From positions 515 to 64,514 of the forward strand of contig DATLRX010000057.1 in the NCBI GenBank assembly GCA_035534435.1: a stretch of 64,000 nt of DNA, in the 5' to 3' direction. Shown here piece after piece: positions 26,376 to 34,663 of this stretch. The notes beneath the pieces were generated by a model, which searched no databases, had not been told where the DNA came from, and saw nothing but the letters and a program-made list of their open reading frames with translations. Origin of the DNA: Candidatus Acidiferrales bacterium (GTDB taxonomy: Bacteria; Chloroflexota; Dormibacteria; Aeolococcales; Aeolococcaceae). The position numbers were made by a program, and so were the translations under genes. Each line of letters starts with the position of its first letter. The stretch's first letter is position 1.

Positions 26376-26903
26376 GTGCCAGACGACGTCGAGATCCGGC
26401 CGATTCGCGCCTCCGAGTACACCGCCGCCGGCGAGGCCACCGCTCGCGCCTATCGGGAGTTCTGGCAGCCCGACTCGCCGGGCTGGGACGCGTACATCGC
26501 CAGGATCGCCGACGTCGGCAGCCGGGCCGGCATCGCAGTCGTGCTCGTCGCGCTCGACGCCGGCCTCGTCGCCGGCTCGGCGACTCTCGAGCTCGATGCT
26601 CGGATCCGTCCCGGACCGGCCGACCCGCTCGCGCCTGACGAAGCGCACCTGCGCATGGTCGGCATCAGCCCCGACCATCGCGGAAAGGGCATCGGTCGCC
26701 GGCTCGTGGTCGCGTGCATCGACCTGGCACGCGAGCGCGGGCGCCGGGTGATGACGCTCGACACCGACGAGGTGATGGTCGCGGCGCAACGGCTGTACAC
26801 GTCGCTCGGATTCGTGCCGACGGGTCCGACGCGGCGTCCGGGTGGGCCCGAGTTGCTCGGCTTCCGTCTCGATATCCCCGCACAGTCCGGGACGACACGC
26901 TAG
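26376..26903 (+). CDS. GNAT-family N-acetyltransferase
   Basis: 175 aa, GTG start. ISPDHRGKGIGRRLV (acetyl-CoA binding R/Q-x-x-G-x-G/A) and AQRLYTSLGF. Confidence 0.85.
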   Translation: MPDDVEIRPIRASEYTAAGEATARAYREFWQPDSPGWDAYIARIADVGSRAGIAVVLVALDAGLVAGSATLELDARIRPGPADPLAPDEAHLRMVGISPDHRGKGIGRRLVVACIDLARERGRRVMTLDTDEVMVAAQRLYTSLGFVPTGPTRRPGGPELLGFRLDIPAQSGTTR

Positions 26904-26912
26904 GCTCGTCGC

Positions 26913-27911
26913 GTGCCAGGCGTGTACGAGAAGGGAGAGAAGGAACACCGAGTCATCAGGTTGTTCGTGCGTCTCTCCGAGACCGAGATGGGTCTCACGT
27001 CGCGACAGCTCGCGGACGAGCTGGAGGTGAACACGAGGACCGTCCAGCGGTACATCGCGACGCTTCGTGACAACGCCGGCATCGACATCGAGGAGACAGG
27101 CGGGCGCTGGCGCATCGGCCGGCGCAGCAGGCTTCCGGCACTGCAGCTCGACCACTACCAGGCAACGATGCTGCTGGTCGCGGTGCGGCTCCTGCAGCAG
27201 CTTCGACCGGAGCAGGACCCGGCGCTCGTCGGCGCGCTCGCACACCTCTCGCGGGCGCTGGCCGTGCCGCTGGTGAGCGAGTACCTGCGCAGGACGCTTG
27301 CGGCCGCCGAGCGCCGCAAGCCCGCGGCGGAGCATCTCGGCGTCGAGCGGGCGGTCATCGACGGCTTCGTGCTGCATCGAGAGATCGAGGTCCGCTACGT
27401 CGACGCCAAGGGCAACGAGACGAAACGCGACCTGCGCCCGTATTTCATCGAGCCCGCCGCCGAGAGCCGGCACATCTACGTCTTCGCCCGCGACTCCGCG
27501 TCGCGGGAGGTGCGCTCCTTCCGCCTCGACCGCATCCGCACGGCTCGCCTGCTGCCGACGACGTTCACGGTGCCGGACGACTTCGACATCGACGACGCCC
27601 TCGGCGCCGCGTGGTCCATCTGGCAGGGTGCGGGCGGCGATCGCGTCGTCCTCCGCTTCCCGGAAACCGCGCGTCAGTGGGTCGACGAGACGCCGTGGCC
27701 CGCGCGCGCGCAGCGCTCCAACCTCGGCGGCGGCGGGATCGAGGTGCGCCTGGACGTCGCCAGCGAGGTCGAGATGCGCCCGTGGCTCCTTCGGTGGGGC
27801 TCCAACGTCGAGGTGCTGGAGCCGCCGTCGCTGCGCGCGCACATGGCCGAGACGCTTGCGGCCGCGGCGGGGTTGTACGCGTCGAATCCTCGGAAAGGGG
27901 GTAGAACCTAG
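26913..27911 (+). CDS. HTH-WYL-WCX transcriptional regulator (WYL domain protein)
   Basis: 332 aa. HTH LTSRQLADELEVNTRTVQRYIATL. WYL-type core IEVRYVDAKGNETKRDLRPYFIEPAAESRHIYVFARDSASREVRSFRLDRI. C-terminal extension ...MRPWLLRWGSNVEVLEPPSLR. Confidence 0.85.
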   Translation: MPGVYEKGEKEHRVIRLFVRLSETEMGLTSRQLADELEVNTRTVQRYIATLRDNAGIDIEETGGRWRIGRRSRLPALQLDHYQATMLLVAVRLLQQLRPEQDPALVGALAHLSRALAVPLVSEYLRRTLAAAERRKPAAEHLGVERAVIDGFVLHREIEVRYVDAKGNETKRDLRPYFIEPAAESRHIYVFARDSASREVRSFRLDRIRTARLLPTTFTVPDDFDIDDALGAAWSIWQGAGGDRVVLRFPETARQWVDETPWPARAQRSNLGGGGIEVRLDVASEVEMRPWLLRWGSNVEVLEPPSLRAHMAETLAAAAGLYASNPRKGGRT

Positions 27912-27916
27912 AGACG

Positions 27917-28318
27917 ATGGACGAGAAGATCACCCTCACCGACGAAGAGTGGCGTCAACGCCTCACGCCTGAGCAGTACGCAGTGCTCCGCAAGGCGAGC
28001 ACGGAGCGAGCCTTCACCGGCAAGTACGTGCACGTCGATGCCAAGGGCGTGTACCGGTGCGCAGGATGCGGGGCGGAGCTCTTCAGCTCCCACACGAAGT
28101 TCGACTCCGGCACGGGCTGGCCGAGCTTCTACGAGGCGATCAACCCCGACGCGGTCGAGGAGCATCGCGACTGGAGCATGCTCATCCCCCGCACGGAGAT
28201 CCGCTGCGCAAAGTGCGGCGGCCACCTCGGTCACGTCTTCCCCGACGGACCGGCGCCCACAGGACAGCGCTACTGCATGAACTCCTGCGCGCTGTCCCTC
28301 GACAAGAAGAAGGACTGA
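27917..28318 (+). CDS. msrB: peptide-methionine (R)-S-oxide reductase
   Basis: 133 aa. CAGCGAELF, GTGWPSF, IRCAKCGGHLGHVF, GQRYCMNS (catalytic Cys). The TGA stop at 28316-28318 is in the same frame as recQ. Confidence 0.93.
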   Translation: MDEKITLTDEEWRQRLTPEQYAVLRKASTERAFTGKYVHVDAKGVYRCAGCGAELFSSHTKFDSGTGWPSFYEAINPDAVEEHRDWSMLIPRTEIRCAKCGGHLGHVFPDGPAPTGQRYCMNSCALSLDKKKD

Positions 28319-30361
28319 CCCCCGATCGAGCCCTCGGCGCGGGCTCGCGCGGTACTCGAGCAGACCTTCGGCTTCGCGGACTTCCGTCCGGGACAGGCAG
28401 ACGTCATCGCCGCAGCCGAGGCCCGTGCTGACGTTCTCTTCGTAGCGCCGACCGGCTCCGGGAAGAGCATCGGGTACTGGATCCCGGGCATCGTCAACGG
28501 CGGCCTCACCATCGTGATCTCGCCGCTCATCGCGCTCATGGTCGATCAGGTCGCGCGGCTCAACGAGCTCGGCATCCCCGCCGCATGTCTGCACAGCCAG
28601 GTCAGCGCGTCGGCGCGCGCCGAGTCGATGCGCGCCGCCGCCGCGGGCGAGCTGCGCTTCCTGTACCTCGCACCCGAGCGCATTGGCGCTCCCGGGTTCC
28701 TCGAGGGCCTGAGCCGTCTCGCGGTGGAACGGTTCGTCGTCGACGAGGCGCACTGCATCTCGAGCTGGGGCCACGATTTCCGCCCCGAGTACCGCCGTCT
28801 TGGCGAGGCCATCGCGGCCTGCGATCGCCCGCCGGTCGGCGCGTTCACGGCCACCGCCACGCCGCGCGTCCGTGAGGACATCGCGACGAGTCTCGGCCTG
28901 CGGTCGCCGGTCGAGCGCGTCACCGGATTCGTGCGCGACAACCTGACGATGTCCGTCATCCGCTGCCGGGGCGTCGCCGACAAGCGCGACGCGGTGCTGC
29001 GCCTCGTCCGTCCCGGCGCTGGTCGCGCCCTCATCTACTGCGGGAGCCGGCGCACGACGGACGCGATCACCGACGTGCTGGCCGGCGCCGGAGTTTCCGT
29101 TGCCTCGTATCACGGTGCGCTCGACGGCGACGCGCGCCAGAGCGTGCACGAGGGGTTCGCGGCGGGTCGCCTGCAGGCGATCGTCGCCACGTCCGCGTTC
29201 GGCATGGGCGTCGACTTCCCGGACATCCGCCGTGTCATCCATCACGACTTCCCCGGCAGCCTCGAGGAGTACTACCAGCAGGCGGGACGCGCGGGACGCG
29301 ACGGCGAGCCGTCCGAGTGCACCCTCCTGTACAACGCGGCCGACCGTCAGCTGCAGGAGTTCTTCATCGAGCAGGCGTACCCCGAGCGCGATGCGGTTCG
29401 CGCTGTCTACCGCGAGCTCCTCCGCGAAGGGACCGACTCCATCGACGACTGGGAGGCACGTGGAGTCAGCACCAACCAGGCACGTGCCGCGCTCGAGCTG
29501 TTGCGCCGCGCCGACGTCATCCAGCCCGACGGCGGCATCCGGCGCTTGACGGCGGCGCCCGTGGACTTCGATGAGCAGGCGCTGCTGAAGGCCAACGCCT
29601 ATGCGCGCGTGACACAGGTCATGGACTACGCGATCTCGCGCAGCTGCCGCCATGCGCGCATCGCCGACTACTTCGGCGAGCAGGGCGTGGCGAGGACCTG
29701 CCGCGCCTGCGACAACTGTCTCGACCCGGACGGCGGCGCCGTCGTGGCCGTGGATGCCGACGACGTCGACGCCGCACTCGCGTGCATCGCGCGGTTCGAC
29801 AACCATCTCGGCGGCGTGCGTATCGCCTCCATCCTTCGCGGTGCGACCGATGCGTGGACGGCGTCACGAGCCTGGGTCACGGAGTTGCCGTTCTTCGGAG
29901 CGTTGCGCACCTGGGACGTCGAGCGCATCCGAGACCTGCTCGAGCGGCTCGTCGAGCTGGACTGCGCGACGCGTGGCCACGGCGAGAAGCCGACGCTCGG
30001 CATCACGCAGCGCGGGCGCGACGTCCTCGGTGGAGCAGCGTCTGTCGATGTCGACGTTCGCGCGACCCGGACGCGGTCACCGGCTCGAGGTCGCAAGCAG
30101 TCCGCGGGCAGTCCGGTCGAGGAGCTCACTTCTGAGGTCGGCGCGCGATTCGAGGCGTTGCGGCGCTGGAGGCTCGAGGTGGCGCGCGGCTCCGAGGTGC
30201 CGCCGTACGTCGTCTTCCACGACAAGACACTGGTCGAGATCGCGCGTCGCAATCCGACGTCGGCCGCATCCCTGGTGCTGATCGCCGGCGTGGGGCCGGC
30301 CAAGCTCGCCCGCTATGGCCAGTCGCTGCTCGCCGCACTCCACACTGGGGCCGAGAGCTAG
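28319..30361 (+). CDS. recQ: ATP-dependent DNA helicase RecQ (start codon unresolved)
   Basis: The ORF track starts at GTG 28514. Motif 0 (LEQTFGFADFRPGQ) and Walker A (APTGSGKS) lie upstream at about 28355-28468 in the same frame. VVDEAHCISSWGHDFRPEY, the Zn-binding CRHARIADYF...CRACDNC and the HRDC (YVVFHDKTLVEIA...IAGVGPAKLARYG) are all present. Confidence 0.85.
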   Translation, partial: PPIEPSARARAVLEQTFGFADFRPGQADVIAAAEARADVLFVAPTGSGKSIGYWIPGIVNGGLTIVISPLIALMVDQVARLNELGIPAACLHSQVSASARAESMRAAAAGELRFLYLAPERIGAPGFLEGLSRLAVERFVVDEAHCISSWGHDFRPEYRRLGEAIAACDRPPVGAFTATATPRVREDIATSLGLRSPVERVTGFVRDNLTMSVIRCRGVADKRDAVLRLVRPGAGRALIYCGSRRTTDAITDVLAGAGVSVASYHGALDGDARQSVHEGFAAGRLQAIVATSAFGMGVDFPDIRRVIHHDFPGSLEEYYQQAGRAGRDGEPSECTLLYNAADRQLQEFFIEQAYPERDAVRAVYRELLREGTDSIDDWEARGVSTNQARAALELLRRADVIQPDGGIRRLTAAPVDFDEQALLKANAYARVTQVMDYAISRSCRHARIADYFGEQGVARTCRACDNCLDPDGGAVVAVDADDVDAALACIARFDNHLGGVRIASILRGATDAWTASRAWVTELPFFGALRTWDVERIRDLLERLVELDCATRGHGEKPTLGITQRGRDVLGGAASVDVDVRATRTRSPARGRKQSAGSPVEELTSEVGARFEALRRWRLEVARGSEVPPYVVFHDKTLVEIARRNPTSAASLVLIAGVGPAKLARYGQSLLAALHTGAES

Positions 30362-30429
30362 AGGCTGCCGGCGGCCGGGGGATTGGCGTCACCATAGCGT
30401 CGAAGGAATACCGGGAGGCGGGTACGCGG

Positions 30430-31074
30430 ATGGGCATGTCGGAGCGTCCAAGGCGGCTTGCGGCCGCGGCCTCGCTGGCGGGCTTCGTCGTCGCCTTTGG
30501 GATTGTCTCCTGGTATGTCACCGGGGGAACCGGCCCTCACGCGACGCCCTCACCGGAGGGTTCTCTGTTGACCGGCACACCGGGACCGATACCGATATCG
30601 CTGGACTGCGCGGCCAATGAACTGGAACTCACTGGAGCGTTCGGTGAATGCGTCACGCCCGTCGACAGTCCGTTCGGCACGTGTTCGGTAGCCGGCCACA
30701 TCCTCGAGGCAGCGGTCCTTCTCGGACACGGCAGCCCCGACGAGTGGTTCTACATCGAAATCAACGGCGCGTTCGATGGTGCCGGCACCTACGACCTGGG
30801 ACCGTGGCCTCATCCGCTTGGCACGAAGAACGATCCACCGAAGATCGCACTCGAACAGGACGGGTCGAGCGAATCGCTGCAACGTGTCAACGGCGTCCCA
30901 ATCGAGCAGTACGGCACGGACAACCTCTGGCAGTCGGTTGCCGGGAGCGTCACCGTCACGGGCAGCAACGGACGGTCGGGCACCGTCTCGGCCATCCTCG
31001 AAATGTCAGCCGGCCACAACGCAACCGCGCCGGGTACCACGCTCACGGTGTCTGGAACGTGGCGCTGTCCATGA
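30430..31074 (+). CDS. hypothetical membrane-anchored/secreted protein
   Basis: 214 aa. N-terminal TM/signal (LAAAASLAGFVVAFGIVSWYV), then a Gly/Thr/Ser-rich, probably beta-rich domain with 4 Cys. No family recognised. Confidence 0.55.
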   Translation: MGMSERPRRLAAAASLAGFVVAFGIVSWYVTGGTGPHATPSPEGSLLTGTPGPIPISLDCAANELELTGAFGECVTPVDSPFGTCSVAGHILEAAVLLGHGSPDEWFYIEINGAFDGAGTYDLGPWPHPLGTKNDPPKIALEQDGSSESLQRVNGVPIEQYGTDNLWQSVAGSVTVTGSNGRSGTVSAILEMSAGHNATAPGTTLTVSGTWRCP

Positions 31075-31100
31075 CACGTCGGCCGGTGGCCGAGCGATAG

Positions 31101-31580
31101 CTACGCCGGAATGTTGCAGGTGGCCGCGATGCCGCGGCGCGAGAAGTACTTCTGGTGGTACTCCTCCGCATCCCAGAACTTTCCGGCCGGGACGATCTCG
31201 GTGACGATCGGTCGGCGGTAGCGGCCTGAGGCCTCGAGCGCGGCCTTCGACGCCAGGGCGGCGGCTTCCTGCTCCGGGGAGTGAGAGAAGATCACCGACC
31301 GGTAGTTGTCGCCGATGTCCGGACCTTGGCGGTTCAGCTGAGTCGGATCGTGGTTCATCCAGAAGATGTCGAGCAGGTTCTCGTAGCTGACCTTTGTGGG
31401 GTCGTACGTGACCTCGACCGCTTCGGCATGGCCCGTGCGATGCGAGCACACGGCCTCATAGCTCGGCGCTTCCGTGAAGCCGCCCGTGTAGCCGACCTTG
31501 GTCGAGACGACCCCGTCGACCTGCTCGAATACTGATTCCACGCCCCAGAAGCACCCTGCGCCGAATGTCGCTGTTTCCAT
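31101..31580 (-). CDS. msrA: peptide-methionine (S)-S-oxide reductase
   Basis: ATG 31580 in ORF 31101..31613(-). [10 protein letters not shown] active site, GYTGG, GHAEAV, YHQKY. Confidence 0.93.
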   Translation of the reverse strand: METATFGAGCFWGVESVFEQVDGVVSTKVGYTGGFTEAPSYEAVCSHRTGHAEAVEVTYDPTKVSYENLLDIFWMNHDPTQLNRQGPDIGDNYRSVIFSHSPEQEAAALASKAALEASGRYRRPIVTEIVPAGKFWDAEEYHQKYFSRRGIAATCNIPA

Positions 31581-31613
31581 GGTCCGAGTATGCCTCGATG
31601 GTGCCTCAGCCAA

Positions 31614-32888
31614 TCACGAGCCGTGGAGCGCCAGCTTCACCTGTCCGGTGGCATACGCCGGGGGCCAGACGACGACGCTCACCCGTGGCGCCTGCCACTG
31701 CCAGACGACCGCCGCCGCGCGCACGTTCTGGCCGACCTGGCCGGCCGCGATCGAGAAGAGCACGCCCGCGCCGTTGGGAAGGCTGCCCTCGGGGAGGTCG
31801 AGCGATCGAGCGGCTGCGGCGATGCTCGATGCCTCGTCGCCACCGGCACGGGCCAGGACATCGGCGAAGAGCACCCACGCCGCGCTGAAGCCGGCGATCC
31901 CCTCCTCGCTCGGCACCTTCCCGGTGCGCTGTTTCCAGAGTGACGCGAAGCGGTTGTAGAGCGCTCGCGCCTGCGGATCGAGCACGTCGGGATTGAAGTC
32001 AGCTTGCGGCCGGTCCGAGGCGAACACACCGACCGCTCCCGAGCCGAGCACGTTGCCGAAATCCTGGTCGCACTGCGCCATGGTCGTGCCCATGAACACC
32101 TTCACGGACAATCCCGCGGCGAGGAACGCGCGCCGGAACGCGATGCCGTCCTGGATGTGCGACGACAGCACGAGGATGTCCGGCTTCGCCTTCGCGAGCG
32201 CCTGCATCACGGGCGCCCAGTCCGGCGTGTACGGGTTGTACACGGACTCGCCGCTGATGCTGAGCCCTCCGGCCTGGAGCGCTGACCGCGTGGCGTCGGC
32301 AACCGAGTGCCCGTACTCGTCGCCGGCGGTCACGAAATACACGCGAATCCTCGAGACCGGACCGAGCTTCGGGACGAGCTGTGAGATGACGAACTGTCCG
32401 GAGTTGCTGCCCAGCCCGGCGCCGTCGACACCGACCCGGAACACCAGTGGCGAGCCCTCCCCGGTCACACGATCTGCGACCGCACCGGTCTCCCAGTACA
32501 CCATCCCGTCGGCCGCGACTCCGGCAGCCGCTGGGATCGAGAGCTGTGACGAGTATGCGCCAATCACGGCAGGAACTCCGTCAGCGTGCAGGCTCGCGAT
32601 CGCGCCGGGCAGCTGCGTCTGATCCTCGACGTCGCGAACGTCGAGCGAGATCGACCTGCCACCGGCGCCACCCGCTGCGTTGACCATCTGCGCGGCGAGC
32701 TGGACGCCGAGATACTCGTCCGTCGAGTCCGGCGCGTCGGTGCCCGCGAGCGGGAAGATCGCGCCGATGCGGAGCGGCACCGGGCCGGCCGCGGCGACCG
32801 AGGCGCAAGCCCCCGCGAGCACCGGGAGGATCAGCGCGCCGATCAGTCCGAGTGGGCGGGAGCGCGAGGTTCCTGGTTCCTGCGGCAC
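31614..32888 (-). CDS. ABC transporter substrate-binding lipoprotein, branched-chain amino acid (LivJ/Peripla_BP_6) type
   Basis: 424 aa. Signal peptide plus lipobox (LPVLAGACAS); periplasmic-binding-protein type I pattern (IGAIFPLAG..., YSSQLSIPAA). No cognate permease or ATPase adjacent. Confidence 0.7.
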   Translation of the reverse strand: MPQEPGTSRSRPLGLIGALILPVLAGACASVAAAGPVPLRIGAIFPLAGTDAPDSTDEYLGVQLAAQMVNAAGGAGGRSISLDVRDVEDQTQLPGAIASLHADGVPAVIGAYSSQLSIPAAAGVAADGMVYWETGAVADRVTGEGSPLVFRVGVDGAGLGSNSGQFVISQLVPKLGPVSRIRVYFVTAGDEYGHSVADATRSALQAGGLSISGESVYNPYTPDWAPVMQALAKAKPDILVLSSHIQDGIAFRRAFLAAGLSVKVFMGTTMAQCDQDFGNVLGSGAVGVFASDRPQADFNPDVLDPQARALYNRFASLWKQRTGKVPSEEGIAGFSAAWVLFADVLARAGGDEASSIAAAARSLDLPEGSLPNGAGVLFSIAAGQVGQNVRAAAVVWQWQAPRVSVVVWPPAYATGQVKLALHGS

Positions 32889-32934
32889 CGGGCGATCTTA
32901 CCCGCGCCGGTCTCAGGACGGGCACGGTGCGGCG

Positions 32935-33780
32935 CTACGGAACCTCGAGGCCGATCGGCCGCCGTCCGATCGCTCCGGCCGTCGCCGACGGTCTCGTCCT
33001 CTGACGCGCCGCCCAGAACCTTCCAACCGCGTAGGTGCCGGCACCGATCGAGCCGACGAAGAATCCGATCGGGAGGTTCGACAGATACGCGAGCGCGATC
33101 GCAGCCCACACCGTGCCGAGCGCGATCAGGACCGAGAGGCCCATCGCCGTCAACGGCCTGTCGGTGAAGGACCGGGCGGCAGCCGCCGGGCTGATCAGCA
33201 GGCTGAAGATGAGCAGGGCACCGACTACTGGCACTGCCATCGTCGTGGTCAGTGCGACCACCAGCAGGAACACCACTTCCATGCGCAATCGCCCGACTCC
33301 GCGAGCCTCGGCGACGTCGGGCATCACCGACGAGAACATCAGCGGCCGGTATGCGAGCAACACGGCGACGATGCACACCCCGCCGATGGCTGCGATGGGA
33401 ACAAGCTCGCTGCTGCTCACGCCGAGCACCTCTCCGAAGAGCAGCGAGAAGATCACGGGCGCATATTCGGTCGTCATGGACAGGAAGAGCGATCCAAGAC
33501 CCAGCATCACGACGATCACGAGCGCAGTGGCGACATCGTGGCGTGCCCGCCGTCCGAGTCCCGCGATCGTCACCGCGCCGAGGATCGAGAATACCGCCAA
33601 CCCGATGATCGCGTCGACACCGATGAGGCTTGCACCCGCAGCTCCCGCAAAAGCGCCGTTCGGCAGGGCGTGTGCGGCGAACGCGGAACCGCGCAGCACG
33701 ATGAAGAATCCGACCACGCCGGCAACAACCGCAACGATCGAAGCCGACTCCCAAGCGTTGAGCATGAGACCCGAGAACAT
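32935..33780 (-). CDS. metal ABC transporter permease (ABC-3/TroD-like)
   Basis: ATG 33780 (MFSGLMLNAWE) inside the long ORF 32935..34806(-), with ATGA overlap on the upstream permease stop. Multi-TM; paralogous to the upstream permease. Confidence 0.8.
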   Translation of the reverse strand: MFSGLMLNAWESASIVAVVAGVVGFFIVLRGSAFAAHALPNGAFAGAAGASLIGVDAIIGLAVFSILGAVTIAGLGRRARHDVATALVIVVMLGLGSLFLSMTTEYAPVIFSLLFGEVLGVSSSELVPIAAIGGVCIVAVLLAYRPLMFSSVMPDVAEARGVGRLRMEVVFLLVVALTTTMAVPVVGALLIFSLLISPAAAARSFTDRPLTAMGLSVLIALGTVWAAIALAYLSNLPIGFFVGSIGAGTYAVGRFWAARQRTRPSATAGAIGRRPIGLEVP

Positions 33781-34661
33781 CACGCAGCCTCCGTCGCGCC
33801 GGCGCGGACCGCGGCTTTCGAGCGTGCTCGAAACGGAAGCTGCGAAGCGAGGTACACAAGGAAGATCAGCGTGACGACGAAGAAACTCACCGGCCATCCG
33901 CCGCCACTCGGGAACCAGTAGTAGCTGTCGTACGCGAGGAGCACGCCGAGCCACGTTGCCACTACACCGATGACCGAGGCGATGAGCGCCGCACGACCCG
34001 GTCTGTTGGTGACGCGAAGCGCGGTCGCCGCGGGACCGATCAACAGTGCTGTCGACAGAATCGCTCCGATGGTCACCGCGGAGAGCGATACCGCGAGCGC
34101 GAGCGCGGTGAGATATCCGATACCCACCAAGCGCACATGCACGCCCCGCGCGGTGGCAAGGTCGGAGCTGACCGAGCTGAGGATGAGCGGGCGGTACATC
34201 GCGAGCACGATCCCCGCGGCGACGACGCTGAAGATGACGATGACGGGGATCATCGAGGACGGCAATGTGAAGATCGACCCGAAGAGGACGTTGACGGTCG
34301 CGCCCGTCGTACTCGACACCGTCGTGTCGAGGTACAGCAACAGCGCGGCGAGTCCGAGCGCCGCGCCGAGCACGATCCCGGTTGCGAGATCGCGTCCGCG
34401 CGGGCGCCGGATCCCGATCCACTCCATCACTCCCGCAGCCATCAGGTTCATCGCCACAAACCCGAACAGGGGGCTGATCCCGATGAGGAACGCCGCCGAT
34501 CCTCCGGCGGTGCCGATATCGGCCAGCGAGTGACCGGCGAAGGATTGGCCGCGCATCACGGTAAATGTGCCGACGATGCCGGAGACCACGGCCACAACGC
34601 CACCGACCAGCAGCGCCGTCTGGACCGGCAGGTTGGAGAAGAAGCCTGGCTCGACAATCAT
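33780..34661 (-). CDS. metal ABC transporter permease (ABC-3/TroC-like)
   Basis: 293 aa multi-TM. Typical ZnuB/MntC/TroC-like sequence (LLVGGVVAVVSGIVGTFTVMRGQSFAGHSLADIG). Confidence 0.85.
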   Translation of the reverse strand: MIVEPGFFSNLPVQTALLVGGVVAVVSGIVGTFTVMRGQSFAGHSLADIGTAGGSAAFLIGISPLFGFVAMNLMAAGVMEWIGIRRPRGRDLATGIVLGAALGLAALLLYLDTTVSSTTGATVNVLFGSIFTLPSSMIPVIVIFSVVAAGIVLAMYRPLILSSVSSDLATARGVHVRLVGIGYLTALALAVSLSAVTIGAILSTALLIGPAATALRVTNRPGRAALIASVIGVVATWLGVLLAYDSYYWFPSGGGWPVSFFVVTLIFLVYLASQLPFRARSKAAVRAGATEAA

Positions 34662-34663
34662 GG

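Noticed and set aside
26069-26440. 124-aa N-terminal extension of the helicase ORF (start at 26440)
   Set aside because: The extension is Pro/Arg/Gly low-complexity and would overlap the divergent GNAT start. The family N-terminus (M.FL.DG...Y.A.DL) begins at ATG 26068. Another frame in the same space has better coding character.
26244-27842. 532-aa minus-strand ORF antisense to the GNAT and WYL genes
   Set aside because: Shadow ORF. The sense strand encodes clear GNAT and HTH-WYL domains, and the antisense product is low-complexity and Arg/Glu/Asp-rich.
28316-28318. TGA between msrB and recQ as a selenocysteine codon
   Set aside because: The MsrB catalytic Cys (RYCMNS) is already encoded as Cys. 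The TGA falls after the natural MsrB C-terminus (..LDKKKD). I saw no obvious stem-loop immediately downstream that would serve as a bacterial SECIS. I kept it only as a read-through/error/non-canonical-start question.
27908-29806. 632-aa minus-strand ORF covering msrB and most of recQ
   Set aside because: Arg/Ala/Gly/Asp-rich with no motifs. It lies antisense to two genes that have complete catalytic motifs. This is a typical high-GC shadow ORF.
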